The notes beneath the pieces are model-generated. The model searched no databases. It was not told the origin of the DNA and worked only from the letters and a program-made list of their open reading frames with translations. A stretch of DNA of 64,000 nucleotides, from positions 23,808,001 to 23,872,000 of the forward strand of contig JBHGNT010000001.1 in NCBI GenBank assembly GCA_043228905.1, given 5' to 3'. Source of the stretch: Azolla caroliniana (Eukaryota > Plantae > Polypodiophyta). This document shows positions 26,438 to 38,994 of this stretch, in pieces. The first letter of the stretch is position 1. Every line of letters begins with the position of its first letter. The translations under genes were made by a program, and so were the position numbers.

Positions 26438-28669
26438 TGTAAAAGTTAGCGTGTAGAAACTTTGACAAACAGGTTTAGCCGGGTAGAGACAGAGAATAAA
26501 AAATAGGTTCAATGGAAGCTAGAGAGTACTTAACATACATGGGAGAGACAGAGAAAGAGAGAGAGCATAAACTCAATTAAAAAATAACACGCTCTAACTC
26601 TATACATACAACGTGCTAAACAACACTATTTATACAAGTTCTCAAAAGGACTGACAAAAGTACTATGTACTTCAATGCTCATACGAGCGGTTGACACTAA
26701 CTACGAGGACTTTGACTACCTAGTAGTCTAGGAGTTAGGCTACTACTAGCCTTCCTGTTCACATTTGAATCTGGCTCCCTGATCCGTCTCTCCTATCCGG
26801 CTCCTGGTTTTGGTATCATCCGGTTCTTCGTTCCGGATACCGATCCGGCTCAGACTTATCCAGCCGATCTAGATCCGGTTGAGCTTGCTCTCTCAACACT
26901 TCCCCTCAAGCTCAACTTGAGGTCGGATCGTGGTGTCAGTGTCTGCAGTAACCGGTCCTTTCCTTCGGCTCCTTCTGACGTCCTCCCACCTTCCATGCAC
27001 TCCTCATCTAGTCCGGTTCCGCTCCCCGAGACTCGTCCGGTTCCGCGCACCTCGAACTCCTTGGTCAGCTTGTCTGCTCAGTAGGCCTACCTCAGCTCCT
27101 TCGCTGCTATGAATCCGGTGCTTATAGACCCGTAGGCTCTTCCGTGTTGGCGTTGTCTTCCGCTGCATCCGTGTCTGCGTGGCCTTTAGTTGATCCGGCT
27201 CTTCCGAATCCAACTATTGAACCGAATTGGCTGTCTCCGATTCGTTCCAGCTCTTGTCCGAATCAGTTGCCTCCGATTCGTTTTGGGTCTTGTCCGAGTT
27301 GGTATTCTCTAGCTTGTCTTCGTTTTTCACGCCCTTCACAACATCGGACCATGTTCGGGTCTTGGCCTTCTTCTGTCGGTCAGCTCTATCCTTCTTGACT
27401 CTGCCATCGTTGCCGTTTACTCCGACTTCTTCGAATGTGCCGACTCCTTCCGTCAACTTGGCTTCCTTTTTCTGCTCATCTCCCCCCTTGGTTCTTTCTT
27501 CCTCTCTAGTGCCATCCGTTCCCATTCCTGTTCTCCCCCTCAAGTGCGGCATGTTGAGATGCTGAATGTCGAGCATCTCTGAAATATGTTGCAACTTGTC
27601 TGATCCGAGCTGCTTGGTGAAGATGTCAGCTACCTGCTGATCCGTGTGAACATATTGAAGTTCAACTTCACCGCTCAGGACCTGCTCACGAACAAAGTGA
27701 TAATGCACTTCTATATGCTTTGTCTAAGCATGGAATACGTGATGTTGTATGCTGCTTATGTTGTCGTAGTAATCAGGATCGGTTTCACCACCTCGATCTA
27801 GAGGTCACGCAGCAGTCGCCAAAGCCAGATGGCTGCACAAGTGGCAATGCTAGCGCCCCGATATTCAACCTCAGTGCTCTATAGAGCCATTGTTGGCTGC
27901 TTTTTGCTGCTCCACGCAACAGCTGTGCCACCAACCCAATCGGCATAGGTATATCTGACAAGCTTCCTGTTGGGAGACAGGTCCCTCCGGATGGGAAGGG
28001 AGAAGAACCGTATGAGGAGTACCCGGCTACGGAGAGCCGGATGGCGCAGACCCGGTGAGAACCGGATGAGGAGTACTCGGCTACGGAGAGCCGGATGGTG
28101 TAGACCCGGTGAGAACCGGATGAGGAGTACCTGGCTACGGAGAGCCGGATGATGCAGACCTGGTGAGGACCGGATGAGGAGTACCCGGCTACGGAGAGCC
28201 GGATGGTGCAGACCCGGTGAGGAGTGCTCACCGGATGAAGAGACATATTAGTAAATATGTTTATGAGAGTCCATCATGGCTATATTTGTAAATAGCCGAA
28301 AAGTCATATTAGTATAAATATGACTTAGGGCAAACTTTTAGTAAGTAGTTGTTATTCTTGTTGGTGCAAGGAGAGAGAGAGCGCGGAACTGTGTACAGAG
28401 AGTGAGAGAGAGAAAGAGGGGTAAAAGCATGCGAGTGGAAACACTATTATAGCTAATTAGCTACTAAAATGGCCATAGCTAATTAGCTATTTGTTTAGCT
28501 AGTCTTTCTTGTGGGAAAATCAAATATTTGAAAAACTAATTTATGAAAAAACTCAAATATTTGAACTTCTGTTTCAGACATAGTGGAACTTGGGGAATAT
28601 CACCATCATCTAAGGTCGACTTCAATGTCATCAATTTCCTGTTTAGCCTAAGTCTGATTTTGAACGCAG

Positions 28670-31600
28670 ATGGAGTACTCAGAGCACGAACGCAGACGTA
28701 GCTCCCGCAACAGCAAAAAATCGACATTGCAGATTGAGAGCTACAACACAGAACCCGCTCGATCATCGTCCAGGTATGTTTCAGTTACAGAAACCCCAAA
28801 CATTTGTTTTTTCTTTTTGACTACTTTCTGAACTTTGGTGCCGATTCATATTTCCCCAAAATCGAATAGGGCGAAGTCCTTGGAGTCCCATACAAGGATG
28901 TCTCGCAAATCGGGGAGTAGCAACAGGTGTGTTTATATTACTTTTTTTGTGTTTAATCCTGTCTTTAGTGATTAGGGTTTGTGATTGAAATTTCTGATTA
29001 GGGTTTTTGATTATAAATTTCTGATTAGAATTTCTGAATAGGGTTTCTGGTTACAAATTTTGATTACAAATTAGAATTTCTGAATAGGGTTTTTGTTTAT
29101 AAATTTCTACTTAGGATTTCTGATTAGGGTTTGTGATTGAAATTTTTTATTAGGGTTTCTGATTGAAATTTCTGATTAGGGTTTTTGATTATAAATTTCT
29201 GATTAGAATTTCTGAATAAGGTTTCTGGTTACAAACTTCTGGTTACAGATTTTGATTAGGGTTTCTGATTTCAAACTTCTGATTACAGATTTTGATTAGG
29301 TTAAGTTAAAGATTTTGCACCATTTTTGTTGTTGTTGATTGGGGTTTTTGATTCTCACATATTCTGATTTTGCACTATTTCTGATTTCTGAAATGATATT
29401 TCAGATGGCTCGTTCCTCCGTATACGAGAGTGCTAAACTTCGCAAAATTTTGCGAGACAAAGGAGGACTTCCACAACACCTATGGTCTGTCACTCGAGGG
29501 TGTTGACCCTGCTGTCCTAAGTGATAAATTGATCAGTGATATAGACTGGATGACAGTATATACAATGCCTAGAGTCAAAGGCAAGGTCAAGCTGAAGCAT
29601 GTACGAGCCGACTTGTACGATGACTGCATGAGACTGCACCAGAAAGTTCATCAGGAGATCCCAGTCAACAATGAGTTGTCAGTTTCATTTGCTAGAGCAT
29701 TTGCATATGAGTACTGCAAAACAGCGAAGGAATCTAGAGACCCTGAAATGTATAGGGTAGCTTGGGCAGTCTATGGTGAGGCATCGGTAAAAAGATGCCG
29801 AAAGATGGGGACCTTGGCACAAAAAATAGACAGATTTTGGAGCATGGCAGCTGTTGATGCAACTGCCGACTCCCAGCAAGACCGGGGGCATACACCACAC
29901 CGACACCCAAGGAAAGCCAATGTCGATGATACAGGTGAGACATTGGTTAGCTATATGCTAAAAAATGTCCATGAAGCCTGTGAGACATTGGCATTTTTTA
30001 AGACTGATTTAGAGAAAGCCACAATGGCTTCTGCAATGGAGAGCAAAGTTACTTCTGCTGTTACAACAATTAGAAATAAGATTCAGGTAACTATTGTTTT
30101 GCTGGTATGTGATTGTGTTATAAATAACGGGTAAAATGTGCTAATCAAGCATTATCTGGAATAGGTTGCGCAACAGGAGCTTGAATTAGAGGGGCCACTG
30201 GATCCCCAGCGTAAAATAGAACTGCAAATAGAGATCCAGGTTCTTTCAATGAACCTGGACCTTCTAGGTGTAAATACTGTTGCAGATTACAATTTGGATA
30301 AGCTTCAAGTAAGTTAACGATTCCTGAGCAAAGTTGGTGTATCTTTCAACAACAACAATAATTAATCGGTAAATTTCTCTGTTGCGTTGAAGGAACAATA
30401 CATTCATCAAGAACAGGTAGTTAGCTGCCTTAAGAAGAAGCTACATTTTGTGGAGGGAATGGTAAGGACCAGATAGGATTTGGACCTGAACATTCTTGCT
30501 CCCTTACCAAATGAAGTAGAACCAGAAAATGATTTATTGACAGTTCAAGCACGTTGCATCGCTTGCGGGTTAGGTGTGGAGGACAAAACTGCGTCTTTGT
30601 TGGTTCACCTACAACCATGCAACCACACATACCATCTGCTTTGTTTTCAACATGCCTGTCGAATTGCTGCATTCTGTTTGGGAGATTGCAGTACAACTCT
30701 ACCAAATGAGTGGAGAAAACAAACAGGTATACCATACTGTAGCTAATAAGCTTAGTCTTTTCTAATTAGCTATCCTACTAGCTAATTAGCTACTGGCAGC
30801 TAATGAGCTACTAGCTAATTAGCTATCCTAGTAGCTAATTAGCTATGGTACTAGCTAATTAGCTAGTACCATAGTTGTGTAAAAAAGCTAAATAGCTATC
30901 CTACTAGCTAATTAGCCACTGGCAACTAATTAGCTATCCTAGTAACTAATTAGCTACTGCCATAGTTGTGTAAAGTAGCTAATAAGCTATCCTAGTAGCT
31001 AGTTAGCTATGGTACTAGCTAATTAGCTAGTACCATAGTTGTGTAAAAAAGCTAATTAGCTATCCTACTAGCTAATTAGCTACTGGCAACTAATTAGCTA
31101 TCGTACTAGCTAATTAGCTATCATAGTAGCTAATTAGCTACTGACATAGTTGTGTAAAGTAGCTAATAAGCTATCCTAGTAGCTAGTTAGCTATGGTACT
31201 AGCTAATTAGCTAGTACCATAGTTGTGTAAAAAAGCTAATTAGCTATCCTACTAGCTAATTAGCTACTGGCAACTAATTAGCTATCCTACTAGCTAATTA
31301 GCTACTGGCAACTAATTAGCTATCCTACTAGCTAATTAGCTATCATAGTAGCTAATTAGCTACTGACATAGTTGTGTAAAGTAGCTAATAAGCTATCCTA
31401 GTAGCTAATTAGCGGCAGCTAATTAGCTGTCCTAGTAGCTAATAAGCTATCCTAGCTACTACATAGTTGAGAAAGTAGCTAATTAGCTTTCATTGTAGCT
31501 AATTAGCTATCCTAGCTACCACCATAGTTAGTAAAGTAGCTAATTAGCTATCCTAGCTACTACCATAGTTAGTAAAGTAGCTAATTAGCTATCCTAGCTA

Positions 31601-33064
31601 CTACCATAGTTGAGTAAAGTAGCTAATTAGCTACCATAGTAGCTAATTAGCTATCCTAGCTACTACTATAGTTGTGTAAAGTAGCTAATAAGCTATCCTA
31701 CTAGCTAATTAGCTATCCTAGTAGGTAATTAGCTATGGTACTAGCTAATTAGCTAGTACTATAGTTGTGTAAAAAAGCTAATTAGGTATCCTACTAGCTA
31801 ATTAGCCACTGGCAACTAATTAGCTATCCTAGTAACTAATTAGCTACTGCCATAGTTGTGTAAAGTAGCTAATAAGCTATCCTAGTAGCTAATTAGCTAC
31901 TAGCAGCTAATTAGCTATCCTAGTAGCTAATTAGCTATCCTAGTAGCTAATTAGCTACTACCATAGTTGAGTAAAGTACCTAATTAGCTATCCTACTAGC
32001 TAATTAGCTACTACCATAGTTGAGTAAAGTACCTAATTAGCTATCCTACTAGCTAATTAGCTACTGGCAACTAATTAGCTATCCTAGTAGCTAATTAGCT
32101 GCTGGCAACTAATTAGCTATCCTACTAGCGAATTAGCTATCCTAGCGAATTAGCTATCCTAGTAGCTACTGCCATAGTTGTGTAAAGTAGCTAATAAGCT
32201 ATCCTAGTAGCTAATTAGCTAATGGCAGCTAATTAGCTATCCTAGTAGCTAATTAGCTACTGGCAGCTAATTAGCTATCCTAGTAGCTAATTAGCTACTG
32301 GCAGCTAATTAGCTGTCCTAGTAGCTAATAAGCTATCCTAACTACTACCATAGTTGAGTAAAGTACCTAATTAGCTATCCTAACTACTACCATAGTTGAG
32401 TAAAGTACCTAATTAGCTATCATACTAGCTAATTAGCTATCGTACTAGCTAATTAGCTATCCTAGCTTCTACCATAGTTTAGTAAAGTAGCTAATTAGCT
32501 ATCCTAAATAACTGTCATGTTATTGTAGAATCTTGTGGATTAAGGACGGCACATGATGTGTCTGGTGCTGATGATGCTGCAACAGATGAGGATACTACTG
32601 CCAATGTGGCTGAAAGTAAGAGTCCTGCTATCACATCTCCTTCAGATCAGCTGCACCCTATTCTTTTGGAACAGTGTACTGAATTAGGCAACGATGTGAA
32701 ATGCCATGAAATAGTGGAAACAACATGTAAAACTGAGGTTCACAACAACAGTGTTTATGAACACTTGATGCAACATTTCTTCGAGTCTCAAGACCTTGAT
32801 TCCACCCCACCGAGCCCAACTACTGAAAATGTCCAAACAGATCCCTCTGTACTTGAAAAGCTAGTTCAAGAAACGGCTGATGTGCAATTAGCTGCTGAGG
32901 CGATGGGAAGGTTGTCGGAGGAGGACACACTTGCGCATTGGGTCCTAGAAGCAAGGCTAAATGGGGAACCAACCAGAAAAAGGCTGAAGAAGGGGCCACG
33001 ATCGGGAACAAGACCAGTTACTCGGTCAAGGGGCCCAGACGTAGTGGAGCGAAATACTGTTTAG
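28670..33064 (+). CDS. six-exon transposon accessory gene: unknown domain, coiled coil, RING-H2-like finger, acidic tail (~618 aa; one in-frame TAG at 30474)
   Basis: Exons 28670-28773, 28870-28926, 29405-30086, 30165-30308, 30393-30726, 32529-33064; all introns GT-AG and phase-compatible. RING-like CIAC-x17-CNHTYHLLC...CLGDC. Confidence 0.7.
28971..29300. repeat. intronic telo-box-rich minisatellite
   Basis: Repeated GATTAGGGTTT(C/T)TGATT..AAATTTCT units, all within intron 28927-29404. Confidence 0.85.
30740..32506. repeat. palindromic minisatellite TAGCTAATTAGCTA (array 1)
   Basis: ~1.77 kb of 17-21-bp units with periodic CATAGTTGTGTAAA spacers, inside predicted intron 30727-32528. Confidence 0.97.
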
Positions 33065-33313
33065 TTGGATATGATTGTTAGCTTAGGGATTTTGCTAGGG
33101 TTTTATGAAGTTTTACTATCCTGTTGGACAAGTAAAACCTCAGATTGGTTGTTGCTTGATCCACATTATGTAATGGAACTCTATGATGTTTTTCCAAGAT
33201 AATTTGAAGAGTGTTGTTCTATGACTGAAACTCTTTGATGTTCAGGATATTGTTTTGTGAGACTAGTAGTTACTTTGTGAGTGTGAATATGTTGGTGTTT
33301 TCTGATGTTGCAG

Positions 33314-34329
33314 AGTCTAAAGGGTTTGATTCTATTGCTCGTAAGGCCAATGGCAGTGTGGATACTGTTGATGTTGCGGCATGTTTAAAGGGCCCCATCT
33401 TGAAAGTAGATGTAGCAACTGACACAAGTGATCTGGTCACACAAGTTGATCAAGCATGTAGCACGGATGACTTGGTGTTGCAGGTAGATGCAGCATGTAG
33501 CACGGATGACTTGGTGTTGCAGGTAGATGCAGCATGTGATACCAGTGGACTGATATCGAGCAGAATAGTAGCTACATGCACTGAGGTAATCCAAGGATTG
33601 ATAACTAAGTCGACAAAACAAGAGCACCAGAATGTGAAGCTAGGCCCAACACAGTCGACTAGGGGTTTAAAGAGGAAAAGGACACCAGTTGTGTCAGCCG
33701 AACCTGAGCTGATTGAGATTGATCGTATCCTACCAGAAAATGGTGTAACAGCGGCTCAGTTTCAGGAATGGAAACCTAAACCACTAGAAGTCGAGCGAAG
33801 AGCCTTGATCTTGGAGCTGGATAAAGTCTTGATGAGTGTGAGATATATGCAGCCAAGGAGGGACGCAAATCAGTTTCTAGAGTGGGCTGTGGAGTACTTC
33901 GATTTATTTATTTGGAGTGAAAAACCAAAATCAGATGTGTGGAAGTGTTTGGCAAGATTCTTCCCAAAATGGCGAAGTCGTTTTAAAGGTCAATGGGCAC
34001 GAGAAAATTGTGAGCAGATGGAAGCTGCAAGATTCAAGAGGCTTTCTGATTTTTGGGCTACTTGGCCTGAATATAATGCTGACAATACATTGATTTTGGA
34101 TACAGAACATTTCCGACACTACTTCAATATTCGGAGATGCTGTCTCATTCTACCCGAGGAAATGCCTGAACAGTACCTGGTGCAAACAGTGAGCTGCCAA
34201 CTAGGTGCATGGTTGTGGACTCCATACCGAGCTCAATATGCGGATAATATATGTAGACTCGTTCCACTGACTAGCAAGAGCTTAGCTGTTTATAGGAGAT
34301 TTGTAGACATTTCCAATGGTAATTTATAA
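33314..34329 (+). CDS. FCP1/NIF (HAD-family) phosphatase-like exon, probably catalytically altered; candidate alternative last exon
   Basis: LILELDKVLM (cf. DxDxT/V), RRDANQFLEWAVEYFDLFIWS, WARENC, KRLSDFW...YNADNTLILD; acceptor TTGCAG ending 33313, phase 1. Confidence 0.65.
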
Positions 34330-34473
34330 ATATGTAAAGAGATGACATTATTCAATGAAGAATTTAATTACTTGTTCCCACTGTACTTATCTACTGTGTA
34401 ATTTGAGGAATATGTTGCAGATTGTTGATTTCATTCTATTGATGACTATTTAGCTATTGACAGCTAATTAGTT

Positions 34474-34988
34474 GCATTTGTACAGCTAATTAGCTGCATT
34501 TGTACAGCTAATTAGCTACTGATGACTATTTCGCTATAACTTATAACTTAAAACTTAACAAAAAAGACATGATTTTATTGAGAAAGAAGCACAGAAAGCA
34601 GACTGTATACAAGAAATTGATTCCAAACGAATTTATTGATCTGTTTTCGCGAAATACATGTTTGTTTTACAAGAGAACATGGTAAGTGCTACTTGTAGCT
34701 ACAAATTCCATGGCATACTATTGTAAATACATTTGTACAGCTAATTAGCTGCATTTGTACAGCTAATTAGCTACTGATGACTATTTCGCTATAACTTATA
34801 ACTTAAAACTTAACAAAAAAGACATGATTTTATTGAGAAAGAAGCACAGAAAGCAGACTGTATACAAGAAATTGATTCCAAACGAATTTATTGATCTGTT
34901 TTCGCGAAATACATGTTTGTTTTACAAGAGAACATGGTAAGTGCTACTTGTAGCTACAAATTCCATGGCATACTATTGTAAATACATT
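34474..34988. repeat. 254-bp direct tandem duplication of the transposase stop codon and 3' UTR
   Basis: CTACAAATTCCATGG occurs at 34700 and 34954 with identical flanking blocks. Confidence 0.9.
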
Positions 34989-37900
34989 CATACACATTAG
35001 CACCAACAGTGTATAAACCGGAGCAGCTATTGTATTCTGACATTGGGACGTTGATGCATCTGACCAAATGAGAGTACATATACGCCGCTGGTTTGTCTTC
35101 TAACAGCCTGTACACATATTCGTAGTCATCTAGTTTTGCATAAAAAATGCCTTCGATGTAGAATGTCCCGGCAGATACAAAATTTCCCCATGCATCTACA
35201 ATATTCTGCCTTGCACACTGTTTACTAACCGTGCACTTTAATATATAGAAATCAGCACCCTCTGAATTGCCTTCTTCAGCATTTACAGCGAAGTTATCCC
35301 CAACGTTCAGGACATCACTCAAAGTATCTCCAAGTCCCTCATATGTGAAGTCAGCATTCTGCCCTGTTTCTCCATCAACTGCTTCCTTATCATTCAGAGT
35401 GTGATACTCCCAATTCTGAATGTATGCTTTGTTTAGACAATATCTCCAATTTCCCTGCACACAATGGAAGCAAAAACAAGTCAATTCTCTAACCGCAATA
35501 CAATGACCATCCAACCTGGAATAACCGCGAACAACATGCAGAGATCGCAATTCGGGAATTCCTTGGCACTCCCAGGTCTTCTCCCTATTTACTTCATCTA
35601 TCTTCACTTCCCAAAATTCACGTTTGATATCTCGAACTTGCGAGGAATAAACACCTGTGGCACTCATCGACATATTTGTTCTTAAAAATTCAACTACATG
35701 TGATGCACAATTCATGTGCACACCATCTGTCTTTAGTTGTTCATGGGTAAGTGCCCGCTTTATAACAGCCCCTGCACCATCATGTTCACCTTTACCATGG
35801 CCAGACCCAAAAAAATTCCATCTCATCTCCAAACCTGTTATAGCAGGATACCTCCCCACAAAATAAAATGGACGTCGAGCCTTGAATTGTGACGCAGCTC
35901 CGTCAGACCAGACCCAATGTTGAGTAAGCTCCAAACGTTGAGCTAATAACCACTGCCAATGTAACTTAAAACAGTGTTGGACGAACAAGGTATCATGCTT
36001 CTTATCATCGGAAATAAAGAAATGAATTACTTTTTTAACATCACCTGAAACTCGAAAATATGTTATGTGCACAAAAATGGTTACCTGAACTGAACACCAA
36101 TGCATAGATTGAATTTCATTCTGCTGCTTGAAAGTATAATTCTCTGCGAAATCTACTACTGAGACTACTACATCATTTGGGAAATCAGATATGCAAGTCT
36201 TAAACTGATGGGCCTGCCATGAATAAATGAAGTTGTGTTTAATGAACTTTCCTAGAGATACTACAAACAGAGACACCAAATCCCTTGGTTTAAGCATCTT
36301 CCGAACTAGATCCTTTCTTTTACACACCTTTCCTTCGAAATTGGTGTTCACTGACTCAAATAACTTCACAGAGATCAATATTTCACTACTCAATTCATTT
36401 GGACACCACCTAAATCTAGTAGGGCCACAATCTTGACATAAACCCATGACACATTTATGAATATGGAAGATAGCGTCAGATTCTCTCGGACACAATATTG
36501 AATCTAATAAATAACTCATGGAAGAGATAACGTGCTCAGATGATTTACACTCCTCTTGCGGGCTTGATCGACAGATTTGGCACCCACATGTGCAAACTGT
36601 ATTAGTTAGGGATGCGCTATGGTGACGTAGTAGATTAACAGAGTCCTTCAGAAAACCCATCTGTACATGGTAAATGCAACAACATGTGTATCGATCCTTT
36701 AAGCGTCTCACAAAGTGTGGCTTAAGAGACTCGAATGTTCGTAGTTGAACTTTGATAGTTGGATGCATTCGTTTGAACCTAATAAATAAATCGACCTGCG
36801 TAATAAAGGGGAATTAGTTATTCTCGTAACTAGCTAACTATCCTAGTAGCTAATTAGCTATCCTAGTAGCTAATTGGTTGTCCTAGTAGCTAATTAGCTA
36901 TCATGGTAGCTAATTAGCTATTCTAGTAGCTAATTAGCTATTCTAGTAGCTAATTAGCTATTCTAGTAGCTAATTAGCTATCATGGTAGCTAATTAGCTG
37001 TCGTAGTAGCTAATTAGCTATTCTAGTAGCTAATTAGCTATCATGGTAGCTAATTAGCTATCATGGTAGCTAATTAGCTGTCGTAGTAGCTAATTAGCTA
37101 TCATGGTAGCTAATTAGCTGTCCTAGTAGCTAATTAGTTGTCCTAGTAGCTAATTAGCTTGTCTACTAGCTAATTAGCTATCATGGTGGCTAATTAGCTT
37201 TCCTAGTAACTAATTAGCTATCATGGTAGCTAATTAGCTGGTCTAGTAGCTAATTAGCTATCGTGGTAGCTAATTAGCTGGTCTAGTAGCTAATTAGCTA
37301 TAATGGTGGCTGATTAGCTTTCCTAGTAACTAATTAGCTGGTATAGTAGCTAATTAGCTATCATGGTAGCTAATTAGCTGGTATAGTAGCTAATTAGCTA
37401 TCATGGTAGCTAATTAGCTATCACGGTGGCTAATTAGCTGTCCTAGTAACTAATTAGCTATCATGGTAGCTAATTAGCTGGTCTAGTAGCTAATTAGCTA
37501 TAATGGTGGCTAATTAGCTATCCTAACTAATTAGCTATCATGGTAGTAGCTATTGAGAGTAGCTAGTTACCTATGTAGTAGCTATCATAGTAGCTAATTA
37601 GCTATCATGGTAGCTAATTAGCTTTCCTAGTAGCTAATTAGCTGGTAATAACGAAATAGCTAACTAGCTACCATGATAGCTAACTAGCTAGCAGTACAGC
37701 TAATTATCTGGTAGTACCTAAATTAGCTATTGAGAATAGCTAATTAGCTATCATGGTAGTAACTATTGAGAGTAGCTAGTTACCTATGTAGTAGCGATCC
37801 TAGTAGCTAACTGAGGTAAATGTAACTGATAAGCTAATTAGCTTTTCTGCTAACTGAGCTAATTAACTTTCCGAGTAGAGTCAAAACAAATGTTGAGATA

Positions 37901-38661
37901 AATGTAAATACCTGAGGTACATCAAGAAGATGAATGGGATGCTCCTCGTATTGATTTCTTCCAACACGTTTCCTGCATAAATTCTTTTTATTGGGTGAAA
38001 CCCTACTCTCATTAGTCCAAAACATTGTGATTACATCCTTGATTTCAAATGTTATGGGTGTCATTGGCTTACATCTTGTAGTTAGCTTTAGTAGACTAGT
38101 TCCTTCACCCGAGGAAATTATACGGTTCATTGTATTGTACACTGTTTTTCTACTAACACCAATTACCTTAGATAGCTCACTGATGTTTATATCGTCAACA
38201 TCACTATTAAGTAACATCATTAGACTAGACCTTTTTAAGACAAGATCATCTTCTGACCTGCTCATGGATACGAAACTATTACGAAGATTATTTACTAAAA
38301 TAGATGATATGTTTGCATTAAGACCATCACAATCAACTAAGTCCTTTATCGATGGATCATTACATATTCCATAAAGTACTACCTTCTTTTCTTCATTGCT
38401 GATGTGCTTGGTTTGAACATTGAAATAGTCTACAACCTTTCTCTCTATGATGGTAGTCGCATTACTTACATTCTCAGCTAAACTATCCTTACCTTTACTG
38501 AGTGTGGCTTTCGTATCCTTCAACAATTGACGATGTTTCCTTTTTTTTTCTGCCCAATAGTTTCGTATGGCTTGTTGTGTCCTGATAACATCATCCCTAT
38601 CCTTATGATCATTGAGGGGTAATTCTAAACACCCTTCTTCCCCTTCCATTTGGCTAGACAT
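34954..38661 (-). CDS. two-exon Sola2-like transposase, ~863 aa, no disabling mutation seen
   Basis: Exon 1 38661-37912 (HTH-like ISELSKVIGVSRKTVY), phase-0 GT-AG intron 37911-36796, exon 2 36795-34954. Motifs TCCCIYH, DFAENY, WSDGAASQFK, FFGSGHGKGEHDGAG, C-terminal CFCFHC. Confidence 0.88.
36829..37865. repeat. palindromic minisatellite TAGCTAATTAGCTA (array 2)
   Basis: 20-bp units such as TCATGGTAGCTAATTAGCTA fill the transposase intron. Confidence 0.97.
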
Positions 38662-38994
38662 GTTAAAACCCTAAATTTCCAGAAAAAAAAACAAGTATTA
38701 AAGATGGCTATGGGCAACAACAATACACAAAAATATTCCACACAATACACAAGATTAGACACAACAATACACAAGATAATCAATAGACAGAAAAGTTATT
38801 GCAATCCAAGACCGAACAGTAGAGGATTTCACTCTGTTGGATCCAACAGTTGAGGAGGCGATCCAAGACCGACCAATGGCAACAACTGAGTGTAGAATGT
38901 TGCCGTTGGATGAGTGAACTCCGTCAAATCGAAATGTGGAAGCAATCCGGGACTGGACAGTAGTGGCAACTGAGTATAGAATGATGGCAATGGA

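Noticed and set aside
28971-29300. Telomere or interstitial telomeric tract
   Set aside because: TTAGGG occurs singly within longer units, not as (TTTAGGG)n.
33235-33313. ORF-track start of the 364-aa FCP1-like ORF
   Set aside because: The first 26 codons are T-rich, intron-like sequence ending in TTGCAG; treated as an acceptor region, although an independent ATG at 33238 cannot be excluded.
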